A DNA stretch of 64,000 nt. It comes from Candidatus Latescibacterota bacterium. GTDB lineage: Bacteria > Latescibacterota > UBA2968 > UBA8231. A model generated the notes under the pieces. That model had not been told where the DNA came from, searched no databases, and saw nothing but the letters and a program-made list of their open reading frames with translations. The position numbers and the translations under genes were made by a program. The stretch covers positions 5,886,675-5,950,674 of the forward strand of contig OZ242214.1 of assembly GCA_965206595.1 (NCBI GenBank), in the 5' to 3' direction. Below, one piece after another: positions 18,731 through 28,723 of this stretch (position 1 is its first letter; every line of letters starts with the position of its first letter).

Positions 18731-19920
18731 GGGACCCCCTCTTCATCCGCGAGGCGGACGGCCCCTACGTCGTCGACGCCGACGGCAGGCGCTACATCGA
18801 CTACGTCGGCTCCTGGGGGCCGATGATTCTCGGGCACCGCCCGCCGGCCGTGATCGAGGCGCTGGCCGGGGTGCTCGGCCGCGGCACCAGCTTCGGCGCC
18901 CCGACCGACATCGAGGTGGAGATGGCCGCCCTGGTCGCCGAGGTCGTGCCGTCGGTGGAGAAGGTGCGCATGGTCAACTCCGGCACCGAGGCCTGCATGA
19001 CCGCGGTCCGCCTGGCCCGGGGGTTCACCGGCCGCGACGTGGTGCTGAAGTTCAACGGCTGCTACCACGGCCACTCCGACAGCCTGCTGGTCGACGCCGG
19101 CAGCGGCGTCGCCACCTTCGGCATCGCCGGCAGCCCCGGAGTCCCCGCCGATGTCGCCCGCCTCACCGCCAGCATCGAGTTCAACGACCTCGACCTGCTG
19201 GGGCGGTCGATCGCAAGCGTCGGGCCCGGCAACGTCGCCGCGGTGATCCTCGAGCCGGTGCCGGGCAACATGGGACTGGTGCTGCCGCATCCCGGTTTTC
19301 TGCAAGGGGTGCGGGGTTTGTGCAGCGAGCACGGCATCCTGCTGATCTTCGACGAGGTGATGACCGGGTTCCGCGTCGGCCTGGGAGGGGCCCAGGAACG
19401 CTTCGGCGTCACGCCCGACCTGTGCACCTTTTCCAAGGTCATCGGGGGCGGCCTGCCGGTCGGCGCCTTCGGGGGCAGGGCCGACATCATGGACGCGCTG
19501 GCCCCGGCCGGCCCGGTGTACCAGGCAGGGACCCTGTCGGGAAACCCCCTCGCCATGACCGCAGGGCTGGCGACCTTGCGCTGCCTCCGCGACCAGGACC
19601 CCTACCGGGAGCTGGAGGAGCGCGGCGCCCAGTGGGTCGCCGGCATGAGGGAAGCTGCTACCGCCGCCGGGGTCGAGGCCGTGGTCGATCACTGCGGCTC
19701 GATGGTCGGCCTGTTTTTCAGCTCCGGCCCGGTCTCCAACTACGCCGACGTCCTGCGCGCCGACACCGGGTTGTTCCAGCGCTACTTCCGCGGCATGCTG
19801 GAGGAGGGGATCTACATCGCCCCCTCCGCCTTCGAGGTCGGGTTCATATCGACGACGCACACCTCCGAACTGGTGGATGAAACCGTCGCCGCGGCCGGCC
19901 GCGTGCTGTCGCGGCTGTAG
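18637..19920 (+). CDS. hemL: Glutamate-1-semialdehyde 2,1-aminomutase
   Basis: …IPGGVNSPVRAF… N-terminus and class-III aminotransferase fold; GTG start preceded by GGAGGG. Confidence 0.9.
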   Translation: MNDNSRALYARATKFIPGGVNSPVRAFKAVGGDPLFIREADGPYVVDADGRRYIDYVGSWGPMILGHRPPAVIEALAGVLGRGTSFGAPTDIEVEMAALVAEVVPSVEKVRMVNSGTEACMTAVRLARGFTGRDVVLKFNGCYHGHSDSLLVDAGSGVATFGIAGSPGVPADVARLTASIEFNDLDLLGRSIASVGPGNVAAVILEPVPGNMGLVLPHPGFLQGVRGLCSEHGILLIFDEVMTGFRVGLGGAQERFGVTPDLCTFSKVIGGGLPVGAFGGRADIMDALAPAGPVYQAGTLSGNPLAMTAGLATLRCLRDQDPYRELEERGAQWVAGMREAATAAGVEAVVDHCGSMVGLFFSSGPVSNYADVLRADTGLFQRYFRGMLEEGIYIAPSAFEVGFISTTHTSELVDETVAAAGRVLSRL

Positions 19921-20148
19921 CCGGGTTCTCAGCGCGGCATAAAGCCTTTTCCGTGCCGGGGGCAACGCGACCTGCGATTTGCCTGACTTGCGCCGCGGCA
20001 ATACGTTTGCAGACAGCTTTAAAGCTCACCTACCCAATCCTTCCGCGATTTCCAGCGTCACTTCTCGGCTCCAATTCGACCTGTTTTGGTGGTATCTCCC
20101 GAGGTCACGTCGCCGTTTATCCCGGGTCCCACTGAAACAGGAGTCGTC

Positions 20149-21393
<1,245 letters not shown>

Positions 21394-21532
21394 ACGGTCC
21401 CCGGATGAACGGATGATGAACCGTTCCCGCCTGCGCTGCATTTGACCGAACCGCTCCATGTTTCCCTGCCGGTTGCACACGCGGCAGGTGTTTCTTCTCC
21501 TGCTCAATACATCTCAGGAAAGGACTGACTCG

Positions 21533-22102
21533 ATGAAGAAATCCACACTTGCACTGCTCGCTGCCTTCGCCACCACCGCTTTTTCGGTATCCGCCGAGGA
21601 GGGTGGCGAGATGCCCGCCGAAGGGGAAGGCTCCATGCATCCCCCGCCTTACGTCGGCTCGCCGGAGTTCGAGCGGATGAAAGCGCTAGCCGGCAGCTGG
21701 GTGGTGACCGAGGGCATGCCGAAGGGCGAGGGAGCCGAAGGCACGAAGGAGATGATGGTCGCGGCCGAGTACCGCGTCGCCGCCAACGGCAGCGTCGTCG
21801 TCGAGCGCAACTTCCCGAACACGCCGAAGGAGATGATCTCCGTGTACCACGACCGCGGCGGCAAGCTGTCGATGACCCACTACTGCGCCATGGGCAATCA
21901 GCCGCAGATGAGCCTTACCAGCTCCGCGGACGGGGTGATGACCTTCGAGCTGGTGAAGGGCTCCCTCGAAGCGGAAGAAATGCCGCACATGAACTCCGTG
22001 TCGATTGCCTTCGAAGGGGGGGACGAGATGTCCCAGACCTGGTCGATGTTCGATGGCAGCGGGCAGATGGCGCACGCCATGACCTTCCGCCGCGCCCAAT
22101 AG
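21533..22102 (+). CDS. Secreted hypothetical protein (DUF1579-like), signal peptide
   Basis: MKKSTLALLAAFATTAFSVSA signal peptide after an RBS; start at the internal Met of the longer ORF. Confidence 0.55.
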   Translation: MKKSTLALLAAFATTAFSVSAEEGGEMPAEGEGSMHPPPYVGSPEFERMKALAGSWVVTEGMPKGEGAEGTKEMMVAAEYRVAANGSVVVERNFPNTPKEMISVYHDRGGKLSMTHYCAMGNQPQMSLTSSADGVMTFELVKGSLEAEEMPHMNSVSIAFEGGDEMSQTWSMFDGSGQMAHAMTFRRAQ

Positions 22103-22128
22103 TTCAGTTTAGTCCCGTTCCAATTGCA

Positions 22129-22166
22129 CCCGCCGTGACCGAAGCTTGCGTCGCGGCGGGTTTTTT
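22129..22166 (+). terminator. Rho-independent terminator
   Basis: GC stem cccgccg…cggcggg followed by TTTTTT. Confidence 0.6.
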
Positions 22167-22181
22167 CATGTAATGCCAGTA

Positions 22182-22322
22182 ATGCCCGAGCGTCCGAACA
22201 TCATCCTGATCACGACCGATCAGCAGCGCGGAGACTGTGTCGGCCGCGGGGGATCGAAGCAAAAACGGATTGCGAGCTGGTTGAAGCCGAACCGACTACC
22301 TGACAGGATGGGGACCGAATGA
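22182..22322 (+). pseudogene. 46-codon fragment with a sulfatase N-terminus (MPERPNIILITTDQQRGD…); stop overlaps the start of the next sulfatase gene
   Basis: Typical sulfatase N-terminal beta-strand motif but stops after 46 aa (ATGA overlap with 22319). Confidence 0.4.
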
Positions 22323-23795
22323 GAGCGGTAATGGTGATGTTCGACTCGCTGAACCGGCACATGCTGCCTCCCTACGGCTGCGACTGGACGCACGCGCCCA
22401 ACTTCCGGCGGCTCGCCGAGCGCACCGTCACCTTCGACAACAGCTACATCTGCTCGATGCCCTGCATGCCGGCGCGCCACGACCTGCATACCGGGCGCCC
22501 CAATTTCCTGCACCGGGCCTGGGGGCCGCTGGAGCCGTTCGACGACTCGGTCCCGCGCCTGCTGCGCGACAGCGGCGTTTCCTCGCACCTGGTCAGCGAC
22601 CACTACCACTACTGGGAAGCCGGCGGCGCCACCTACCACACGCAGTACTCGACCTGGCAGTTCTTCCGCGGCCAGGAGGGAGACCCGTGGATGGGGCAGG
22701 CGGCCCCGGCTCCTCCCGGCCCGGCCGCGGGTCAGAACGCCTCGGAGAGCGGCTGGCACCGCCAGGACCGGGTCAACCGCGGCTTCATGGGCCGCGAGCA
22801 GGACCAGCCGCAGTCGCAGACCTTCGCCGCCGGCATCGACTTCCTGCGCCGCAACAGCGGCGAGGACGACTGGTTTCTGCAGATCGAGACCTTCGACCCG
22901 CACGAGCCGTTCTTCACGCAGCGGCACTACCAGGACCTCTACCCCGAGCTGATCCGGGACCGCGCGGCGCCCCTGTTCGACTGGCCTGCCTACGGACCGG
23001 TGACCGAGCCGCGGGAGCTGGTCGATCAGTGCCGTGGCCGCTACGCGGCGCTGCTGAGCATGTGCGACGCCCGTCTCGGGGATGTGCTCGACGAGATGGA
23101 CCGCCTCGAGATGTGGGAGGACACGATGCTCGTCGTCTGGACCGACCACGGGTTCCTGCTGGGGGAGCGGGATCTCTGGGCCAAGGGTCAGATGCCCTGG
23201 TATCGCGAGCATGCCAACACCCCGTTTTTCGTATGGGACCCCCGTTGCGGCAAAAGCGGCGAACGCCGCAGCTCGCTGGTGCAGCCGTCCATCGACCTGG
23301 GGCCGACCCTGCTCGACCTGTTCGGCCTCGAGCCGGCCCCCGACATGCTCGGGCGGCCGCTTGCCGGTGTCGTCGACGGCGACCGTCCCGTAAGGGAGGC
23401 CCGCCCTCTTCGGGGTTCACGGCGGGCACGTCAACGTCACCGACGGCCGCCACGTGTACATGCGCGCGTCTGCCACCGATGACAACGGCCCGCTCTTCAA
23501 CTACACCCTGATGCCCGCCCACATGCGCGACATGTTCCCCGTGCAGGAGTTTGCCGGCATGGAGCTGGCGTCCCCCTTTTCCTTCACCAAGGGATGCCGG
23601 CCGATGCGCATCCCCTGCCTCAAGCCGCCCCCGTCGATCAGCTTCGAGACGCTGCTCTTCGACCTCGAAAGCGACGAGTGGCAACGGCGGCCGCTCACCG
23701 ATGCCGGAGTGGAAGATCGCATGTCCGGCCTGATGCGGGGGTTGATGCGGGAATGCGACGCCCCGGGCGAGCAATACGAACGCCTCGGACTGTAA
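22319..23795 (+). pseudogene. Sulfatase (alkaline-phosphatase superfamily), frameshifted near 23391
   Basis: C-x-P-x-R active-site motif (CMPARHDLHTGR); ORF 22319..23482 continues in another frame as 23394..23795 with a sulfatase C-terminus (…LFDLESDEW…). Confidence 0.7.
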
Positions 23796-23810
23796 GGACC
23801 CCTTTTACCC

Positions 23811-24002
23811 GTGATCGACAGTCTCGTCCGCTACCTCGAGTCCCTTGTGCGCAGCGACGCCCTCGAGATCGTCCTCGCCGTCGCCGCCATCCTCGCCTGG
23901 TGGTTCGCCGCCAGGGTGCGGCGCGCACTGCGCCTGCTGAACGGCGAGGACCCTGCGGCTCCTGCCGAGCCGCGGCCGCGCCGGCGCCTGCCCCTCTCCT
24001 GA
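23811..24002 (+). CDS. Small hypothetical membrane protein (63 aa)
   Basis: One hydrophobic helix; weak. Confidence 0.3.
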   Translation: MIDSLVRYLESLVRSDALEIVLAVAAILAWWFAARVRRALRLLNGEDPAAPAEPRPRRRLPLS

Positions 24003-24014
24003 CCGCACGCGGGT

Positions 24015-25226
24015 TTGCCGATGGAACAGGACCGGATTCGCGAGCGCTGCGAGGCGATGTCGGACCGCGAGCTGCTCCTCGCCGCGACCCTGCGCCGCGG
24101 GGAGAACAGCCAGCGGTTCCGCGAGGAGGCCCTGCGCCACCTCAAGCGCCGCGGGATCGACATCGACGAGTTCACCGGCCGCGCCCGCGTGCGTGTCGAC
24201 GACGGCGAGGCGCAGACGCTGCCGGACGCCAGGGCGGTCGAGCTCCTCGGCCACGCCGAACCCTGGCAGACCCTTTCGTTCGTCAGCTGCGTCGGCGACA
24301 GCCTGCTGGTGCAGCGCGAGCCGCGGCAGTGGTGGTGCCATTTCTACGACGGGGACACCTATCGCGGCTCCTTCCGCTGTCGCGCCGGCGAGGAGGTCGC
24401 CGGGGTCCTGCGCCCTTTCCTGAATCTCGAACCCTGGGACGGTGGGGCCGGCGAACTGCAACGGCTCGACGACTGGTCCCTCCTCATCGATTCCGACGCC
24501 GTCGATTTCATCGAGTCGATCGCCCTCGACCTCGACGACGCCGGCATCCCGCACACGGTGAGAATGCCGCTGTTCGACGGGGGAGCCGGGGAAGAGGAAG
24601 GGGAGGTGTACGCCCTCCTGGTGCCGCGGCAGCACTTCGGCGAGGCCTTCGACGCCATCGAGGAGGTGGAGGAGACCATTGTCGACCTCTACGAGGAAGC
24701 CGAGGAGCTTGCGGCCCGGGGCAACCTCTCCGCTGAGCTCGAGGTGTACGACGAGCTCGTCGAGACCGACCCGGAGAACCATGCGGTGTTCTACAACCGC
24801 GGCCACATACTCCTGGAGCTCGGGCGCTGGGAAGAGGCGGCCGCGGCCCTGATCGAGGCGGTCTCAATCGGCATGCAGCGGGCCGACAAGTCGCTGCAGC
24901 CGGAACAGAGGGGGGCGGCCGGGATCGGCGGCCTGGCCGGGCTGCTGGCCTTCCTGCTGCGGCGCGAGGTCGCCGCCCCCTCGGCCTCCGCTTATCCCGA
25001 CTACATCGACGACAGCGAGATGCTGCTGGAGCGGCTGCTGCAGAGGCTGCCCGAAAGCGTCGAGATACTGCATTGCCTCGCCTCCATCGCCCGCCTCAAG
25101 AACCGGCGGGAAGCCGCGGAAGCCCACTACCGGCGGGTGCTGGAGATAGATCCGGAGGACAAGGTCGCCTGGTTCAACCTCGGCTACATGCACTCCGAAA
25201 AGGGGGGCGACGCGACCTCGGGCTGA
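24015..25226 (+). CDS. TPR-repeat protein (403 aa)
   Basis: C-terminal TPR-like repeats (…AVFYNRGHILLELGRWEEA…, …AWFNLGYMHSEKG…). Confidence 0.55.
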   Translation: MPMEQDRIRERCEAMSDRELLLAATLRRGENSQRFREEALRHLKRRGIDIDEFTGRARVRVDDGEAQTLPDARAVELLGHAEPWQTLSFVSCVGDSLLVQREPRQWWCHFYDGDTYRGSFRCRAGEEVAGVLRPFLNLEPWDGGAGELQRLDDWSLLIDSDAVDFIESIALDLDDAGIPHTVRMPLFDGGAGEEEGEVYALLVPRQHFGEAFDAIEEVEETIVDLYEEAEELAARGNLSAELEVYDELVETDPENHAVFYNRGHILLELGRWEEAAAALIEAVSIGMQRADKSLQPEQRGAAGIGGLAGLLAFLLRREVAAPSASAYPDYIDDSEMLLERLLQRLPESVEILHCLASIARLKNRREAAEAHYRRVLEIDPEDKVAWFNLGYMHSEKGGDATSG

Positions 25227-25422
25227 AGTTGCCGCACGCCGCGGCGGGCCGTACCGTTAGCAGCCCGTTGATATAGTTGCTCTGCAGTCGAGTCCGAGTC
25301 ATGGCGGTCGAAGGCAAGGCGCGCGACTGAGTCGAATCGAGGGATTCGGGGAGGGAGCGCAACGCCGGCCGCAGCCCGGATGGACTTTTTCAACGGGCCG
25401 TTTAGCCCGAGGAGGACGAGAC

Positions 25423-26184
25423 ATGGCGGGTGTCGCGCAATCTATCTGTTACGGCTGCTTTGCCGGCGGCGAGCTGTCGGGCGAGGAGGTGATCGCCGAG
25501 GCCGCCCGCATCGGCTATCGCTCCGTCGAGATGCTGCCCGGGGAGCTGTGGCCGCTGGTGCGCAGGCACGGCATGGAGATCGCCGCGGTGAGTGGCCACG
25601 CATCCCTGCCGGACGGGCTCAACAAGCGCGAGAACCACGACCGTATCGAGGCGGAGCTGCTCGCCAACATCGACGCCGCCGCGGAGAACGGGATCGCCGC
25701 CCTGATCTGCTTCTCCGGGAACCGCGAGGGCAAGTCGGAGGAGGAAGGTCTCGCCAACACCGCGGCCGGCCTCCAACGGGTCGCCGCCGCAGCCGAGAGG
25801 AAGGGGATCTCCCTGGTCCTCGAGCTGCTCAACAGCAAGGTCAACCACCCCGACTACCAGTGCGACAGCACCTCCTGGGGTATCGAGGTCTGCCGGCGCG
25901 TCGGCTCCGACAGGGTCAGGCTGCTCTACGACATCTACCACATGCAGATCATGGAGGGGGACCTGATCCGCACGATTGCCGACAACATCGGCTTCATCGC
26001 CCACTTCCACACCGCCGGCAACCCGGGCCGTAACGACCTCGACGAAGAGCAGGAGATCTTTTACCCGCCGATCATGCGGGCCATCGCCGCCACCGGGTAC
26101 GGCGGCTTCGTCGGCCACGAGTTCGTCCCGAAGGGGGCGGTCGCCGCGGCCATGCGGGCCGCCTTCGAGACCTGCAACGTATAG
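25423..26184 (+). CDS. Sugar-phosphate isomerase/epimerase (xylose-isomerase-like TIM barrel; hydroxypyruvate isomerase family)
   Basis: Hyi/OtnI-like sequence; GGAGGA RBS. Confidence 0.75.
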   Translation: MAGVAQSICYGCFAGGELSGEEVIAEAARIGYRSVEMLPGELWPLVRRHGMEIAAVSGHASLPDGLNKRENHDRIEAELLANIDAAAENGIAALICFSGNREGKSEEEGLANTAAGLQRVAAAAERKGISLVLELLNSKVNHPDYQCDSTSWGIEVCRRVGSDRVRLLYDIYHMQIMEGDLIRTIADNIGFIAHFHTAGNPGRNDLDEEQEIFYPPIMRAIAATGYGGFVGHEFVPKGAVAAAMRAAFETCNV

Positions 26185-26373
26185 TGGGTTCCGGGTACCC
26201 TCTTCGATTGCAGGAGCCGGCCGCAGACCAGATGCAGTTTTTCGACAGGCAGCCGACCAAGTCCCGACGGAGCCCGGTGCCGCCTCCTGCGAAGCGGGCG
26301 CCTCGACACTCCGAATCCAGCCAGTAACGTGCGGAGAGGACGGATTCCGCATTTCATCCCAGGAAAAACCGAG

Positions 26374-27420
26374 ATGACCGATCCGACCCCGTTTCTCGAT
26401 TCCACCGCCGTCGCCGAGGACGGCCCGGAGCTGCGCCGGCGCATGCAGCGGGACGGCTACCTGTTCGTGCGCGGTCTGCTGCCCTCCGATGACCTCGAGC
26501 CTTTGCGGCTGAGGTTCCTCGAGATCACCCGCGACGCCGGCTGGGTGGCGCGCGACCAGCCGCTCGCCGAGGCGGTCGCCGACCTCGACGGCTTCTGCGT
26601 CGAGCCGCAGCCGGAGTACATGTCGATCTACGCCGAGATGTACAAGGTGCAGGAGTTCCACGCCCTCCAGCACCACCCCGCCATCCTCGGCCTGCTGGAG
26701 CGCATGTGCGGCGAACCCGAAGGTGGGAACGGCAAGGAAGGGCCGGTGGTGATCCCGCATCCGCGCATCATAGGGCGCACCATGTTTCCTCAGCGCGAGG
26801 CCTACACTACCCCGGCTCACCAGGACTTCGTGCCGATTCAGGGCACCGCCGACACTTGGACCGCCTGGTTCCCCCTGCACGATCTGAAGCCGGAAATGGG
26901 CGGCCTTCAGGTCGCCGAAGGGTCGCATACATCCGGGGTGTACGAGTTTCGCCCCGCCCTCGGAGCGGGTGGATTGGAGATAGTCGACCCGCTCGAGGGA
27001 CGCTGGCGCAGCAACCCCATGAACCAGGGGGACGTGCTGTTCTTCCACAGCCTGTGTGTGCACAAGGGGGTGGCCAACACCGGCCGCAACCTGCGGCAGT
27101 CGATCGACGCGCGCTTCCAGCGGCTCCGCGACACCATCGAGGAGAAGAGCCTGGTGCCCCACGTCAGCCCGGTGACCTGGGAGGAGATCTACGCCGGCTG
27201 GCCGAACGAAGACTACCAGTACTACTGGAAGGAATGGGACCTGGATTTCACCGAATACGACTACAGCTACAACCAGGAGCGGGACCGGCTCGCCTTCGAG
27301 ATGGCCGCGGCCGGCGACGGGCGCGCCCGCTCGGCCCTGCAGCGGATCGTCGCCCGCGACGCCGACCCGGAAAAGCGGCAGCGGGCCGAAGCGGCCCTGG
27401 TTTCTCTGGACGCCTCCTAA
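26374..27420 (+). CDS. Phytanoyl-CoA dioxygenase (PhyH) family Fe(II)/2OG oxygenase
   Basis: PhyH-like length and His/Asp…His spacing; start at the internal Met MTDPTPF. Confidence 0.7.
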   Translation: MTDPTPFLDSTAVAEDGPELRRRMQRDGYLFVRGLLPSDDLEPLRLRFLEITRDAGWVARDQPLAEAVADLDGFCVEPQPEYMSIYAEMYKVQEFHALQHHPAILGLLERMCGEPEGGNGKEGPVVIPHPRIIGRTMFPQREAYTTPAHQDFVPIQGTADTWTAWFPLHDLKPEMGGLQVAEGSHTSGVYEFRPALGAGGLEIVDPLEGRWRSNPMNQGDVLFFHSLCVHKGVANTGRNLRQSIDARFQRLRDTIEEKSLVPHVSPVTWEEIYAGWPNEDYQYYWKEWDLDFTEYDYSYNQERDRLAFEMAAAGDGRARSALQRIVARDADPEKRQRAEAALVSLDAS

Positions 27421-27441
27421 GTTCCACGGGGTGTTATCCGT

Positions 27442-27477
27442 ATGAAACTCGAAGGCAAGATGAAACTCGAAGGCAAG
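27442..27477 (+). repeat. 18-bp tandem duplication of the start codon region (atgaaactcgaaggcaag x2) giving MKLEGK-MKLEGK
   Basis: Seen directly. Confidence 0.9.
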
Positions 27478-28185
27478 GTGGTCCTGATAACGGGAGGGGG
27501 TTCCGGCGCCGGCGCCGGGATCGCCGAGGTATGCGCCCGCGAAGGGGCTCAGGTGGTGGTCACAGGGCGCACCGCCGGCAAGCTCGAGTCGGTCTGTGCC
27601 GAGATCGGCAGGGGCTGCGCCGGCTTCGCCGCCGACGTAATTGACCGCGCCCGCGTCGCCGAGCTCGTCGACTGGGTGATGTCGCAGTGGGGCCGGATCG
27701 ACGTGCTCGTCAACAACGCCGGCGTCAACGTGACGGAGCGCAAGCTCGCGGAGATGACCCTCGAAAGCTGGGATTTCGTCCTCGACACCAACGCCACCGG
27801 GGCCTACAACCTCGTGCACGCGGTGCTGCCCCACATGCGCGCCCGCGGCGAGGGGCATATCGTCAGCATCTGCTCGACCGCCGGCACCTACGCCAGCCCG
27901 ATCGCCGGCATGGCCTACAGCGCCTCCAAGCACGCCATGGCGGTGATGACCAAGTTCATCGACCACGAAGAGGCTGCCCACGGGGTCAGGGCGACGGTCA
28001 TTTCCCCGGGCGAGATCAACACCCCCATCCTCGACACCCGGCCGGTCAAGGTCAGCGACGAGCACAAGGCCCGCATCCTGCAGCCCGAGGACATCGGCGC
28101 GGCCGTCCTCTACGCGGTGACACAGCCTCCCAACGTCTGCGTCACCGAGATGGTCATAAAGCCCCGCGGTCAGGGTCTGATCTGA
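27442..28185 (+). CDS. SDR-family oxidoreductase
   Basis: TGGGSGAG…, catalytic YSASK, NAG motif. Confidence 0.8.
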   Translation: MKLEGKMKLEGKVVLITGGGSGAGAGIAEVCAREGAQVVVTGRTAGKLESVCAEIGRGCAGFAADVIDRARVAELVDWVMSQWGRIDVLVNNAGVNVTERKLAEMTLESWDFVLDTNATGAYNLVHAVLPHMRARGEGHIVSICSTAGTYASPIAGMAYSASKHAMAVMTKFIDHEEAAHGVRATVISPGEINTPILDTRPVKVSDEHKARILQPEDIGAAVLYAVTQPPNVCVTEMVIKPRGQGLI

Positions 28186-28201
28186 CCCCGGGAAAACCCG
28201 G

Positions 28202-28723
28202 ATGAAGCAGCTCCGCGGCAAGCCGCTGCGCGACTTTCTCCGCCGCACCCGCCGCCCCGGCGTCGACCTGGTTTTCCTCCTCCAGGACATCGAGGACCCG
28301 GTGAACGTCGGGGCCGCCTTCCGCATCGCCGACGCCTGCGGGGTCCCCGAGATGATCCTCACCGGGATCAGCGCCCGGCCGCCGCACCCGCTGATCGCCA
28401 AGGTCAGCCGCGGCCGCGACCGCAGGGTCTCCTGGCGCTACGTCGAAACCGCGGTCGAGGCTATCGCCCCGTACCGCGACGACGGCTGGGACATCTGCGC
28501 TCTCGAGATCACCGCCGAATCGGAGCCCTACTGCGAAACCGGGTACCGCGACCGCGTGCTGCTGGTCGCCGGGCACGAGGACCACGGGGTCACCAACCGC
28601 ACCTTGTCCGCTTGCGACCGCGCCGTCTACATCCCGATGTACGGGAAGGGTTCCTCCCTCAACGTCGGCGTTTCCCTGGCGATCGCCGCCTCCCACATCC
28701 TGCACTGCGGCGGCCGCCGATGA
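28202..28723 (+). CDS. SpoU/TrmH-family RNA 2'-O-methyltransferase
   Basis: SPOUT motifs; stop overlaps the lhr start (ATGA). Confidence 0.75.
   Translation: MKQLRGKPLRDFLRRTRRPGVDLVFLLQDIEDPVNVGAAFRIADACGVPEMILTGISARPPHPLIAKVSRGRDRRVSWRYVETAVEAIAPYRDDGWDICALEITAESEPYCETGYRDRVLLVAGHEDHGVTNRTLSACDRAVYIPMYGKGSSLNVGVSLAIAASHILHCGGRR

Noticed and set aside
22182-22322. Sulfatase N-terminal fragment as a functional leader peptide
   Set aside because: Its sequence is a normal sulfatase beta-strand/metal-binding start rather than a leader; more likely a gene remnant (kept as a low-confidence pseudogene).
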